Part shown: positions 1-14,116 of the stretch, piece after piece | Numbering within the stretch: position 1 is the first letter of the stretch | How the letters are laid out: every line of letters starts with the position of its first letter | DNA from: Macrostomum lignano | Lineage: Eukaryota | Reading direction: 5' to 3' | NCBI GenBank assembly: GCA_002269645.1 | Contig: NIVC01004784.1 | Location: 1 to 35,069 of the forward strand | DNA: 35,069 nt | Notes under the pieces: model-generated | Told to the model about the DNA's origin: nothing | Seen by the model: only the letters and a program-made list of their open reading frames with translations | Database searches by the model: none | Translations under genes and position numbers: made by a program

Positions 1-258
1 TCTGCCTCGATCCATGCTGCTGATGAACACTAAACTTTAACGTTTCACGAAAGCCGCCACTGACTTAGCTCTATAATGAATGCTCCCACAATCTGTTTCT
101 AGCAGTAGGAATACAAAGCCATTTTTCGCCCCTTTTTTATCAACGGGGATTTATTTGTCCAACTGGCTTTTCACTTTGTGTCGGAACGGAGCAACACGAA
201 ATTAAAGAACAAGATAATAAGGAATTACTGAGCAACGCAAAAATTTTACAACTAGGAC

Positions 259-3200
259 TCATATCTAGCGTGGTGAGACTGGAGTTCTGCTGCAGAGTCT
301 GCACAATGGCCAGCGCGGACCGGCCGGACATCCGGTTGTGCCTGAGGCGCAGCTTCTCCAGCACGAAGTTCTTGCGCAGACCGTCACCAAGCCCTGGCAG
401 GAGCGGTCGCTGAAGCCGTTCCAGGACAGATCGAGGTCCTTCAGCCCGTTGTTGGCCTGCACGACGAAGCATAACCGCACTTTGTAGAAAACTTCATGAA
501 TTATGAGAGTGAACGAGTCGGAAAGCACCTGCAGTCTGAGCCATGCAAGGAGGCTGCTGGCAGAGCATAGTCAAAGGGAAATTTATGATTAGTGCGAGGA
601 CAGAGTACCTGAGCAGGGAACGCGTCCGACTCTCGCTTGTGCATGAAAATTTACCTGAGGCTTGTCGTGCGATGCATGAGGGGGCAGTCCCCAAGGCACA
701 GAGTGCACGTGCCTGACGATTAGAAAGTCAGGGCCCCTGTACACCCGTGCGTATCGTCCCCGTACTCACCCCAATGTCACGTGACTCTCAGCCAACCAAC
801 TATTTATGTCTACATTGAGTAGCCCGATACCCGAACTCACCCCAATGTCACGTGACTCTCAGCCAACCAACTATTTATGTCTACATTGAGTAGCCCGATC
901 CCGTACTCACCCCAATGTCACGTGACTCTTAGCCAACCAACTATTTATGTCTACATTGAGTAGCCCGATACCCGTAATCACCCCAGTGTCACGTGACTCT
1001 CAGCTAATCAACTATTTATGTCTACACTGAGTAGCCGATCCCGTACTCACCCCAATGTCACGTGACTCTCAGCCAACCAACTATTTATGTCTACATTGAG
1101 TAGCCCGATCCCGTACTCACCCCAATGTCACGTGACTCTCAGCCAACCAACTATTTATGTCTCCATTGAGTAGCCCGATCCCGTACTCACCCCAATGTCA
1201 CGTGACTCTCAGCCAACCAACTATTTATGTCTACATTGAGTAGCCCGATCCCCGTAATCACCCCAATGTCACGTGACTCTCAGCCAACCAACTATTTATG
1301 TCTACATTGAGTAGCCCGATCCCGTACTCACCCCAATGTCACGTGACTCTCAGCCAACCAACTATTTATGTCTACATTGAGTAGCCCGATCCCGTACTCA
1401 CCCCAATGTCACGTGACTCTCAGCCAACCAACTATTTATGTCTCCATTGAGTAGCCCGATCCCGTACTCACCCAATGTCACGTGACTCTCAGCCAACCAA
1501 CTATTTATGTCTACATTGAGTAGCCCGATCCCGTACTCACCCAATGTCACGTGACTCTCAGCCAACCAACTATTTATGTCTCCATTGAGTAGCCCGATCC
1601 CCGTACTCACCCCAATGTCACGTGACTCTCAGCCAACCAACTATTTATGTCTACATTGAGTAGCCCGATTCCGTACTTACCACAATGTCACGTGACTCTC
1701 AGCCAACCAACTATTTATGTCTACATTGAGTAGCCCGATCCCGTACTCACCCAATGTCACGTGACTCTCAGCCAACCAACTATTTATGTCTACATTGAGT
1801 AGCCCGATCCCGTACTTACCACAATGTCACGTGACTCTCAGCCAACCAACTATTTATGTCTACATTGAGTAGCCCGATCCGTACTCACCACAATGTCACG
1901 TGACTCTCAGCCAACCAACTATTTATGTCTACATTGAGTAGCCCGATCCCGTACTCACCCCAATGTCACGTGACTCTCAGCCAACCAACTATTTATGTCT
2001 CCATTGAGTAGCCCGATCCCGTACTCACCCCAATGTCACGTGACTCTCAGCCAACCAACTATTTATGTCTACACTGAGTAGCCCGATCCCCCGTACTCAC
2101 GTAGAGTCCTTTCGTCAGGCTGTTGGCTCCCTCTTCTCGGATGCGGTTCCAGCTGAGATCCAGCACTTCCAGTGTGTCATTGTAGCCTAAAAATTCAATG
2201 CATTAAATTTTTTATTCATGTTTTTTCGCTCTCTCAGGTGTAAAAGTGCAAAAAGATTTTAGAGCATTTCTTACCCAGAGCAGACTCCATGCCGCCATCG
2301 TTGCATTCGATAGCATTCTTTGATAGAATTAACTGCTTAAGGTGAATGTTGTTCTGCAATGCAAATCAACGGAGACTTCGCAAGTTAAGCTCAAGCTAAT
2401 CTTAAATTTTTAGAACAACTGAGTTACCTCTAACAGTTTACAGACGAACGCAGCTTCCTTATCAGTGATGGAGTTGTGAGACAGATCGAGCTTGGCTAGG
2501 CTGTTGTTGTTTAGCAGAGCTGAGCACAGACCCGCCAAGCCGCGCTCGCCAAGGCCGTTTGAGGACAAGTCCTTGGGGGCAGAGAGAATGAAGAGAATCT
2601 TTAAAGATTTTTGTCTGCTTTCATGTGTTTTGTAAGGAGCCTGGCATTCGAGCCTTGACAGATACAATGGTGTCTGGAAAGACAGTAGTGTGTCTTTAGG
2701 GGCAGGATAGTGTGTCTGGAGGGGCAGTATAGTGTGTCTTTAGGGGCAGGATAGTGTGTCTGGAGGGGCAGTATAGTGTGTCTTTAGGGGCAGTAGTGTG
2801 TCTGGAGGGGCAGTATAGTGTGTCTGGAGGGCAGTAGTGTCTCTGGAGGGGCAGTAGTTTGTCTGGAGGGGCAGTACTGTGTCTGGAAGGGCAGTACTGT
2901 GTCTGGGAGGGCAGTACTGTGTCTGGGAGGGCAGTACTGTGTCTGGGAGGGCAGTATGTGTCTGGGAGGGCAGTATGTGTCTGGGAGGGCAGTACTGTGT
3001 CTGGAGGTGCAGTACTGTGTCTGGAAGGACATTACTGTGTCTGGAAGGGCAGTACTGTGTCTGGGAGGGCAGTACTGTGTCTGGGAGGGCAGTACTGTGT
3101 CTGGGAGGGCAGTACTGTGTCTGGGAGGGCAGTATGTGTCTGGGAGGGCAGTACTGGGAAGGACAGCACTGTGTCTTGAAAGGCCTTAGAGGTTTCAAAG

Positions 3201-4589
3201 AAATGGTGCAGTTTGTGATTTTTGAGAGGTGGTAGCATTTTCCGACGAGGCAATATAGAATCTGTAAACCAATTTTTGCCCTCAATCTGAAAACAGACAT
3301 CAAGCCAAACTTTGAGCACTGCTCACTAGCTCGCGCAGCCGCCTAGCTGTGTTGACCATGTCGCACAGGGCAAGCAGACCGTCATCCAGAATGTTGTTCT
3401 CCGGAATGCTGATGCTGCTGATGCTCTCGCTGTTCTGCAATCGCGCAAGGATGATGTAGCTCTTGTGTTTGTGCCGATCGATCATAACGACAATGCTTGA
3501 CTCACCCGCAGGCTCATAGCCACAGCCTTGGTGCCTTTAGGGCCAGCGGCCGGCCCCGCATGTGCAGCCGGTCGCGGCCGAAGCTCCGCTTGACAGTGGA
3601 GACGGGCACCACGCCGAGCTGGCGGCAGGACGACTCGTAGCGCTGGCGCAACACGTCCTGAGCGTCGCTGGACTCCGGCTCGTGTCCGTCTGGGTTGGAG
3701 GTAATGGGTGAACTGGGCAAACTGCATGGCACTGGGGCTCTTCAAGAGTTTCCTGTGGGTCATGCTACAGTTCTGTGGGTCATGCTACAGTTTTGAGGTC
3801 ATCCTACAGTTCTGTGGGTCATGCTACAGTCTGTGGGTCATGCTACAGTTATGTTGGTCATGCTACAGTTCTGTTGGTCATGCTACAGTTCTGTGGGTCA
3901 TGCTACAGTTCTGTGGGTCATGCTACAGTTTTGAGGGTCATCCTACAGTTCTGTGGGTCATGCTACAGTTCTGAGGGTCATGCTACAGTTCTGTGGGTCA
4001 TGCTACAGTTCTGTGGGTCATGCTACAGTCTGTGGGTCATGCTACAGTCTGTGGGTCATGCTACAGTTCTGTGGGTCATGCTACAGTTCTGTGGGTCATG
4101 CTACAGTTCTGTGGGTCATGCTACAGTTCTGTGGGTCATGCTACAGTCTGTGGGTCATGCTACAGTCTGTGGGTCATGCTACAGTCTGTGGGTCATGCTA
4201 CAGTCTGTGGGTCATGCTACAGTCTGTGGGTCATGCTACAGTTCTGTGGGTCAAGTCCGAGCCTTTAACTGACTGTGGAGCAGCATTAAACCGCCGCAGC
4301 GGCACCCACCGTCCTCCATGATGTTGTAGCCGGTGAAGGTGAACTCCCGCAGCAACATCGATGGGTCGCGCATCATCGGCGGCAGCCTCGCTGGCGGCTG
4401 CTGCCTGCCCAGGTTGGTGCGCTCCTGACTGCGCCGCGGGTGGCTGGTGATCGGCAGGCTGACGGGCAGTGCTAGGCCCCGGCTGCCCTGACGTGGGCCG
4501 AGGCCGTCGATGCCGCGGTTGCCGGGGCCAACTACGAAGACCCGCTGCTGCTGCTGCTGCTGCGGTTGCTGACGCCGGCTGGCTGACAT
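259..4589 (-). CDS. LRRC74A: LRRC74A/B-like leucine-rich repeat protein, multi-exon; 3' end unresolved or outside the window; two apparent 1-nt frameshifts
   Basis: Exons with GT-AG sites and matching phases: 4589-4310, 3689-3506, 3434-3327, 2571-2428, 2353-2275, 2186-2101, 456-~259. Translation gives YESSCRQLGVVPVSTVKRSFGRDRLHMRGRPLGPKGTKAVAMSL, recalled as similar to the LRRC74A motif GVVPVS...GLGPxGTKAIA, followed by RI-like LRRs (LDLSSNGLGERG, LDLSHNSI, LDLSWNRIREEG, LDLSWNGFSD). One extra C is needed at 3543-3544 and at 387-388 to keep frame. Confidence 0.75.
758..2100. repeat. 70-bp minisatellite, about 19 copies, filling LRRC74 intron 457-2100
   Basis: Unit cccgtactcaccccaatgtcacgtgactctcagccaaccaactatttatgtctacattgagtagcccgat seen directly; the last partial copy supplies the intron's donor site. 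Confidence 0.97.
2690..3170. repeat. About 20-bp minisatellite in LRRC74 intron 2572-3326
   Basis: Unit gggcagtactgtgtctggga with 18-21 bp variants. Confidence 0.93.
3770..4250. repeat. 19/20-bp minisatellite in LRRC74 intron 3690-4309
   Basis: Unit ctgtgggtcatgctacag(t)t, about 24 copies. Confidence 0.95.
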
Positions 4590-4767
4590 GTTGAAGCTGT
4601 TTCCTCGAATCCCAGCAGTTGTGCTCACAGTTAAGGCTGCACTGTGCTCAAACTTTCTGCCTTGTCTCCGTTAGTCAGAACTCATTGATTCTCTTGCCAA
4701 TTCAACAGGGGCATTCCGCGGGGTGGCGGCAGCCAGAGTCTGTAGCGGGGAAGAGGCGCTGCGGGGG

Positions 4768-5070
4768 CTACAGGAGGGTACGAGAAGATAAGAGCTCCTT
4801 TTTCGCTGCAAGTTTCCTCACTTTCCTGCGCAGTTCTTTAGCGAGTCGGCTCTGCCTAGCAGGCAGTTTTTTCTCCCTCACCCTGGCAACAGATGATGGA
4901 GGCTGGCCCCCAGTTCTCTCCCTGCCGCACTCCCAGGGCGGGTGTTTCAGGCGGCGGGCAAGGCTTCAGAGGAAGGAAGGACTTGCTACCGGGGGGGGGG
5001 GGTTCGGCCGCCCGTTCCGTCCCTCATAGCTGCATGAGCCTCTCGCTCACGCCTTTCAATGCAGAATTAG
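4768..5070 (-). CDS. Possible coding exon (Pro-rich then basic), unassigned
   Basis: Minus frames read PNPPPPGSKSFLPLKPCPPPETPAL and QPPSSVARVREKKLPARQSRLAKELRRKVRKLAAKKELLSSRTLL*. A ctaac...caccag acceptor-like site lies at about 5070-5085. Indels are needed to join the frames, and the exon includes a G12 run. Confidence 0.25.
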
Positions 5071-5623
5071 CTGGTGAATGTTAGCAGCAGAGAGATATGG
5101 GGGGCTTATGGGGTATGAGGGATGGGAAGAGAGTGCGACTGAAATGGGCTTCTGTTTTATTTGGGCAAAATTGAAATAAGAGTTTCAGTTTGTTTATGAC
5201 AGACCAAGATTGAATTAAGTTAATGTAAAAAATCGAGACGAAGTTGTCCTGCTTTCGACAATGTTTCAGCAACCCGCCTGTCAAATGTCGTTAGTGGGGC
5301 CAAATAATTTTAACGCAACACAAAGCAGAGGAGGCGACCCAGAAGCACCGTCAGGTTCAGCTGCTGAGAATACAATTGATGCATTGTTTCACTTCTTTTG
5401 GGCTATTCTTCTCCTTCCCTTGAGTCGTGTACACAAATTTTGGAGCAGCTTTTACTGGTTTGATTAATGCATTTCAGTGCCACGACTTCCTTCTCTGTTC
5501 TTTGTCATCTACTCGTAAGCAAGATAAAGCATGTCGCAGATAGATAAGCTCTCATATTTTACTACTTGTAGTAGCAACCGGGGCGTGCATAGTATATCAT
5601 TTTAATATTATCAACATTATGCC

Positions 5624-6165
<542 letters not shown>

Positions 6166-6769
6166 CGCAGTTATTTATAGAAAGGTGAGAAGACACAGTT
6201 AGTGCAGCACTGCAAGACAGGCCAGGCCCCTTGTCAGCAGCCCTGTTCCTTGGATTGATGGCTTGGTGAAGGGCCAAGGGGGGATTCGGTGCTTTCACTG
6301 GGAGAAGGGGGAGCGAAAATCAAATAATGAATGAGGAGGTCGAGCAGCAGCGCAGATGTCGCAGAATATTGGATAAGCGCTCCAAGCCAGCAGCTCAGGA
6401 TATGGGATTAATTTCCCAGCGCCCCGAACTGTGGGTCCTATTTTCCTTTAAAAGCTCGCTTCAGTTGCGTGGTTGGGAGGCGGGTGGCGTCCGGGGCGCT
6501 GGGACTGCCACTCAGTGGGGGCAGGGAGTGCTAACCGCCCCAAGGCCCGGGCGGAGCGGTGCGCGGAACGCTTTATGCCCGGCGTCTGGGGGGAGGAGAG
6601 CACTGGGGGACCAGTTTGAGGGAGGGCAAAGAGAAAATGAGAACAGAACGCCTGGAATGGAGGGGAAGCTGAGAGAGAGAGGAGAGACGAGGTAGCATTG
6701 GAAAGAGGGAGAGAAGGGAGGGAGAGGTGAGATAACAGAAGAGAGTTGGGAGTTGGAGAAGAGAGAGTA

Positions 6770-7140
6770 GACGCCTTGGGGGAGAGAGTTGGGGACATAA
6801 GGGAGAGAGTAGAGGGACATAAGGGAGAGACTAGAGGGACATGAGGGAGAGAGTAGAGGGGCGTACGGGAGAGAGTAGAGGGACTTGAGGGAGAGAGTAG
6901 ACGCCTTGAGGGAGAGAGTAAAGGGATTTGCGGGAGAGAGTAAAGGGATTTGCGGGAGAGAGTAAAGGGATTTGCGGGAGAGAGTAAAGGGATTTGCGGG
7001 AGAGAGTAAAGGGATTTGCGGGAGAGAGTAAAGGGATTTGCGGGAGAGAGTAAAAGGATTTGCGGGAGAGAGTAGAGGGATTTGCGGGAGAGAGTAGAGG
7101 GACGTGCGGGAGAGAGTAGAGGGACATGCGGGAGAGAGTA
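6770..7140. repeat. 22-bp purine-rich minisatellite
   Basis: Unit gggagagagtaaagggatttgc with degenerate flanking copies. Confidence 0.9.
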
Positions 7141-7527
7141 GGGGACTTAAAGCAGAGATGAGAGGACTTAAAGGGAACAGAAAACAGGTCGAACTTGAGA
7201 AACAGGGATGAAGAGCAAGGAGAGAAGACACAGGCAAAGACAGAACTGCTACTGCAGTAGCGGAAAGTGACGGGACACTTGAAGAAGAGATGGCGAATCA
7301 GAAGCCGCTGTCATTGGACAGTGCAGTCTGGCATGAGTGGGGTTGGACTCTGGCCCTCTGCTGCATGCCCAACTGCAGTTTTTATCTGGCACAGGGAGCC
7401 GTCTGAGAGCCCGCTAATCTCCGTTGACAGTCCAACAGGAAACAAGATTTCTAGAAAAAAGGTAGGCCAAGAGATTAACAATTAACTGCGGCAGAGGCTA
7501 CAAATGAAGGTTAATTGAAATTTCAGA

Positions 7528-9432
7528 CCTCAGCTCCGAGATGGCGGAACGGCTGCTCTCTCGATCGCCCAGCTGCGAGGATGTCGGCCGGGTCACTGAG
7601 CGGTGCGCGGTTTCATTTATTTCTGCCGAATTTCATCTCTGAAATTGCTTTTTTATTGCTGGCGTCTGCGGCCGGCTTTTGGGACAGACGACTGGCTTGG
7701 ATGACTTCCTGCTGGGGAATTGATGGACCGGACTGCGCTGCCGCCATAGCATTTCTGAATTCAGAACTGGGTCGGTTTCAATCCTAGAGAATCATTGAAT
7801 GGTGATTCTCACGGAGGTGAGGGCGATTCTCACGGAGGAGAGGGCGATTCTCACGGAGGGTGAGGGCGATTCTCACGGAAGTGAGGGTGATTCTCACGGA
7901 GATAAGGATTGATCTTCAAATCCTATGTTCTCAAATCCCATGTCCTCAAATCCCATGTCCTCAAATCCCATGTCCTCAAATCCCATGTCCTCAAATCCCA
8001 TGTCCTCAAATCCCATGTCCTCAAATCCCATGTCCTCAAATCCCATGTCCTCAAATCCCATGTCCTCAAATCCCATGTCCTCAAATCCCATGTCCTCAAA
8101 TCCCATGTCCTCAAATCCCATGTCCTCAAATCCCATGTCCTCAAATCCCATGTCCTCAAATCCCATGTCCTCAAATCCCATGTCCTCAAATCCCATGTCC
8201 TCAAATCCCATGTCCTCAAATCCCATGTCCTCAAATCCCATGTCCTCAAATCCCATGTCCTCAAATCCCATGTCCTCAAATCCCATGTCCTCAAATCCCA
8301 TGTCCTCAAATCCCATGTCCTCAAATCCCATGTCCTCAAATCCCATGTCCTCAAATCCCATGTCCTCAAATCCCATGTCCTCAAATCCCATGTCCTCAAA
8401 TCCCATGTCCTCAAATCCCATGTCCTCAAATCCCATGTCCTCAAATCCCATGTCCTCAAATCCCATGTCCTCAAATCCCATGTCCTCAAATCCCATGTCC
8501 TCAAATCCCATGTCCTCAAATCCCATGTCCTCAAATCCCATGTCCTCAAATCCCATGTCCTCAAATCCCATGTCCTCAAATCCTATGTCCTCAAATCCCA
8601 TGTCCTCAAATCCCATGTCCTCAAATCCCATGTCCTCAAATCCCATGCCCTCAAATCCCATGTCCTCAAATCCCATGTCCTCAAATCCCATGTCCTCAAA
8701 TCCCATGTCCTCAAATCCCATGTCCTCAAATCCCATGTTTTCGAACCCCCTAGTCTGCAGATCCTCTAAGGTGCGAATCCCATGCCAGACACTCAGCTAC
8801 AGCGAGCCGCCCCGCCTGTCCCAGTTTTATAGCTGGGCAGCTGCTCTTCAGACAGCAATTATCAGATTGCTCACCTGCGGCACAGACAGCTGGCCTGATA
8901 TTTTATGACAGCTGGCTAAAGCCCGGAAACTAGGGGGGGGGGCTGAGATCCAGCTTCATCAATCACTGGGAGTCCACTCGCATTAAACTGCGATAAAAAG
9001 TCAGACTGAGCGGATTTGTGGCTGGATTTGGTGGTGCTGCATCAGCCCGGACTCTCCAGAGAGAATTCGATCTGCTGATGGAAGTAAAAGATTCATTTAC
9101 CTGCTAGCAAAATAATTTAATGGTTCCGAAACACTGGAGTTGTCCATGATTTTATTGACCAAAAAACTGCTAGCAACAACTCGCGACAGCCTACTGAGAG
9201 TAGAAATGTCTGCGTTTTTATCGGTTCGACACTGATTTACTTGAGTAAGGCAAGGATTGGCTGGGCGAATTCTGTTGAATTCCATAAAAAATATGGAATA
9301 CCTGCTCGGGTCTTTGCCCAGAGAGAGACAAAATTCTTATAGCAGTTTCTCGATGCAGATGGTCGAATCAGACAGCTGTGACATCACTCACCGGCCGAGG
9401 TTGCTTGAGAAGTGAGTGAATTCCGATTAGGT
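7528..9432 (-). CDS. Putative multi-exon gene of unknown function, low-complexity, including an (MGFED)n exon
   Basis: Phase-compatible exon chain 9432-9392, 9311-9101, 9036-8875 (needs +1 nt in the G10 run at 8933-8942), 8796-7898 and 7783-~7528, separated by GT-AG introns of 80, 64, 78 and 114 nt. The last exon has a TGA at 7633-7635 or needs compensating indels. No homology recognised. Confidence 0.45.
7801..7901. repeat. 21-bp repeat, 5 copies, each containing a minus-strand cc|GTGAGA donor-like site
   Basis: Unit gattctcacggaggtgagggc seen directly. Confidence 0.85.
7915..8745. repeat. 15-bp tandem repeat, about 55 near-identical copies, probably exonic
   Basis: Unit tcaaatcccatgtcc; reads MGFED on minus and SSNPM on plus. 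Confidence 0.97.
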
Positions 9433-9447
9433 CTGTTATAAGGTTGA

Positions 9448-9995
9448 TGTCATAGGGTAGGGTGTCATAGGGTAGGGTGTCATAGTGTAGGGTGTCATAG
9501 GGTAGGGTGTCATAGGGTAGGGTGTCATAGGGTAGGGTGTCATAGGGTAGAGTGTCATAGGGTAGGGTGTCATAGGGTAGGGTGTCATAGGGTAGGGTGT
9601 CATAGGGTAGGGTGTCATAGTGTAGGGTGTCATAGGGTAGAGTGTCATAGGGTAGGGTGTCATAGGGTAGGGTGTCATAGGGTAGGGTGTCATAGTGTAG
9701 GGTGTCATAGGGTAGGGTGTCATAGGGTAGAGTGTCATAGGGTAGAGTGTCATAGGGTAGGGTGTCATAGGGTAGGGTGTCATAGTGTAGGGTGTCATAG
9801 TGTAGGGTGTCATAGGGTAGAGTGTCATAGGGTAGAGTGTCATAGGGTAGGGTGTCATAGTGTAGGGTGTCATAGGGTAGGGTGTCATAGTGTAGGGTGT
9901 CATAGTGTAGGGTGTCATAGTGTAGGGTGTCATAGGGTAGGGTGTCATAGTGTAGGGTGTCATAGGGTAGGGTGTCATAGTGTAGGGTGTCATAG
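9448..9995. repeat. 15-bp G-rich tandem repeat, about 37 copies
   Basis: Unit gggtagggtgtcata with two recurrent variants (agtgtagggt, gggtagagt); one minus frame reads YDTLP/YDTLH. Confidence 0.96.
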
Positions 9996-11364
9996 TTTGC
10001 CGATCCCTGCTCAAGAGCTTCGTCTTCGAGCTGCACTCGACCCGGACGAACAGTAGCTCGCAAAGGTGCAGCATCGCTAGAGGCTCGGGCAGAGTCCGAG
10101 ATAGTAATATCTCTTTTGTGATAGTAAAAATTTATGACCCGAGCGTGAGCAAGAATTCCATTGGAGTTGATGTGAGAGACACATATTGATAGTGATGCCT
10201 CTATATTTGACTTGTAAACTCAAAAGATGTACATACTAAACTGAGTAAATTTGTGCCATACTGAGTGAACCGTTGATTGGAGTCCGGAAGCTGGAGCACC
10301 CCTCGTATGAGACTCACCCAGGAATTTTGCGTCACTTCACACCTGTCAATCACAGCTGCCAGTTGCTTGAGTTCATCCTGAATAGCCGATTCTCAATACA
10401 GAGGGCCAGGGCGATGACCTCCTATTGCACTTTTACAGCTAAAACCTTTCTGGAGTTTCCTGGGAACAGCTGAACAGTTACCTGACCGACTTTCTTATGC
10501 AATAAACTGACTTTTTAGCTCCGTTTAATAGAGCTGTTTGGCTGATTGCTTCCAATTTTATTGGGGCTTCTGACTCTATGAATAGAAAATTCTAGTAAAG
10601 GGCAGTTTCGCAATAAAAATTTATGGCAAACGAAACAGAGAAAAACTTTTCAATAAAAAGGGGATTTTCTCCTCTCCAAGGCGGATGTCCTCATTTCCGA
10701 ACAGGCCATTAAAATAAAAAAATCATAGATATAATGATTAGAGAAGACTGGAAGTTACAGTTTTCAGTTAGATGCTACCAATTCTTAACCGGAAGTTACT
10801 GGACAAGCCTGGTACCTGCAGTCTAGGCTTACTGGTTTTGTCTACTTTAGAACTTAGTGGATTTTCGGGATTTTCGGGTAGATTTCGCTGCCACCAGGTT
10901 CCTGCTTTCCCTAATTCTGGTATTTAGATTTAAAGAATTGAGTCGGGACACCAATGAGATTTTAATAACATAAGTGTTAATAATAAGTGAACAATAATAT
11001 GCTTAACGTACAAAAAAGGTTAGTTACATTAATTCCCCTTTTATTCCTATTTCCGTTAATTGTGCTTGGGCAAGACTCCCATTAATTCAGAGGCAAGACT
11101 CCTCTTGTGCAATTCCTATTTAGTTTCCCCTATACTTCCTTTCTCTTACCGAATTTCTTGTTGATTGGATTGTCGTAACGCAAGACGCGCATGCCAGAGA
11201 TGCTTTTCCAAGAGCCCAACTGCTCTGTAGTTCCTAAGGATCCCGAAAACTAGCGATTTACCCCCGCTCCAATTATTTCCCCGGGTTAAAACTACCGATA
11301 GTAGGCAAAAAGCATACTTCCCCACAACTAGTTCCCGTTCCTAAAATAATGCCCTACTACATTA

Positions 11365-11806
11365 CCAATTCAAAACGGGAAGCTACTAATTCCTAACTGG
11401 AAGGTACTAATTCCTAACCGGAAGCTACTAATTCCTAACTGGAAGCTACTAATTCCTAACCGGAAGTTATCAATTTAAAACGGGAAGCTACTCAATTCCC
11501 AACCGGAAGCTACTAATTCCCAACCGGAAGCTACTAATTCCTAACCGGAAGCTACTAATTCCTAACCGGAAGCTACTAATTCCCAACCGGAAGCTACTAA
11601 TTCCTAACCGGAAGCTACTAATTCCTAACCGGAAGCTACTCAATTCCCAACCGGAAGCTACTAATTCCAACCGGAAGCTACTAATTCCTAACCGGAAGCT
11701 ACTAATTCCCAACCGGAAGCTACTAATTCCTAACCGGAAGTACCAATTCAAAACGGGAAGCTACTAATTCTTAACCGGAAGTTACCACTGGCAAAAACCG
11801 GAAGTT
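11365..11806 (+). repeat. 21-bp tandem repeat, about 20 copies, each with an ETS-type CCGGAAG core, directly upstream of TP53I11-like exon
   Basis: Unit aattcctaaccggaagctact; several copies, including the last ones (e.g. 11798-11805), read CCGGAAGT. Confidence 0.92.
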
Positions 11807-11813
11807 ATAAGAG

Positions 11814-14116
<2,303 letters not shown>

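Noticed and set aside
758-2100. CRISPR-like appearance of regular arrays (also 26236-26986, 29000-29650)
   Set aside because: Units are head-to-tail with no unique spacers, there are no cas genes, and the context is eukaryotic introns.
7633-9044. In-frame TGA codons (9042-9044, 7633-7635) as selenocysteine or readthrough
   Set aside because: The first falls inside a 64-nt intron in the better splice model. The second can be removed by compensating homopolymer indels. No SECIS was identified.
9448-9995. Interstitial telomeric repeat
   Set aside because: It contains TAGGG but has a 15-bp period and no TTAGGG runs.
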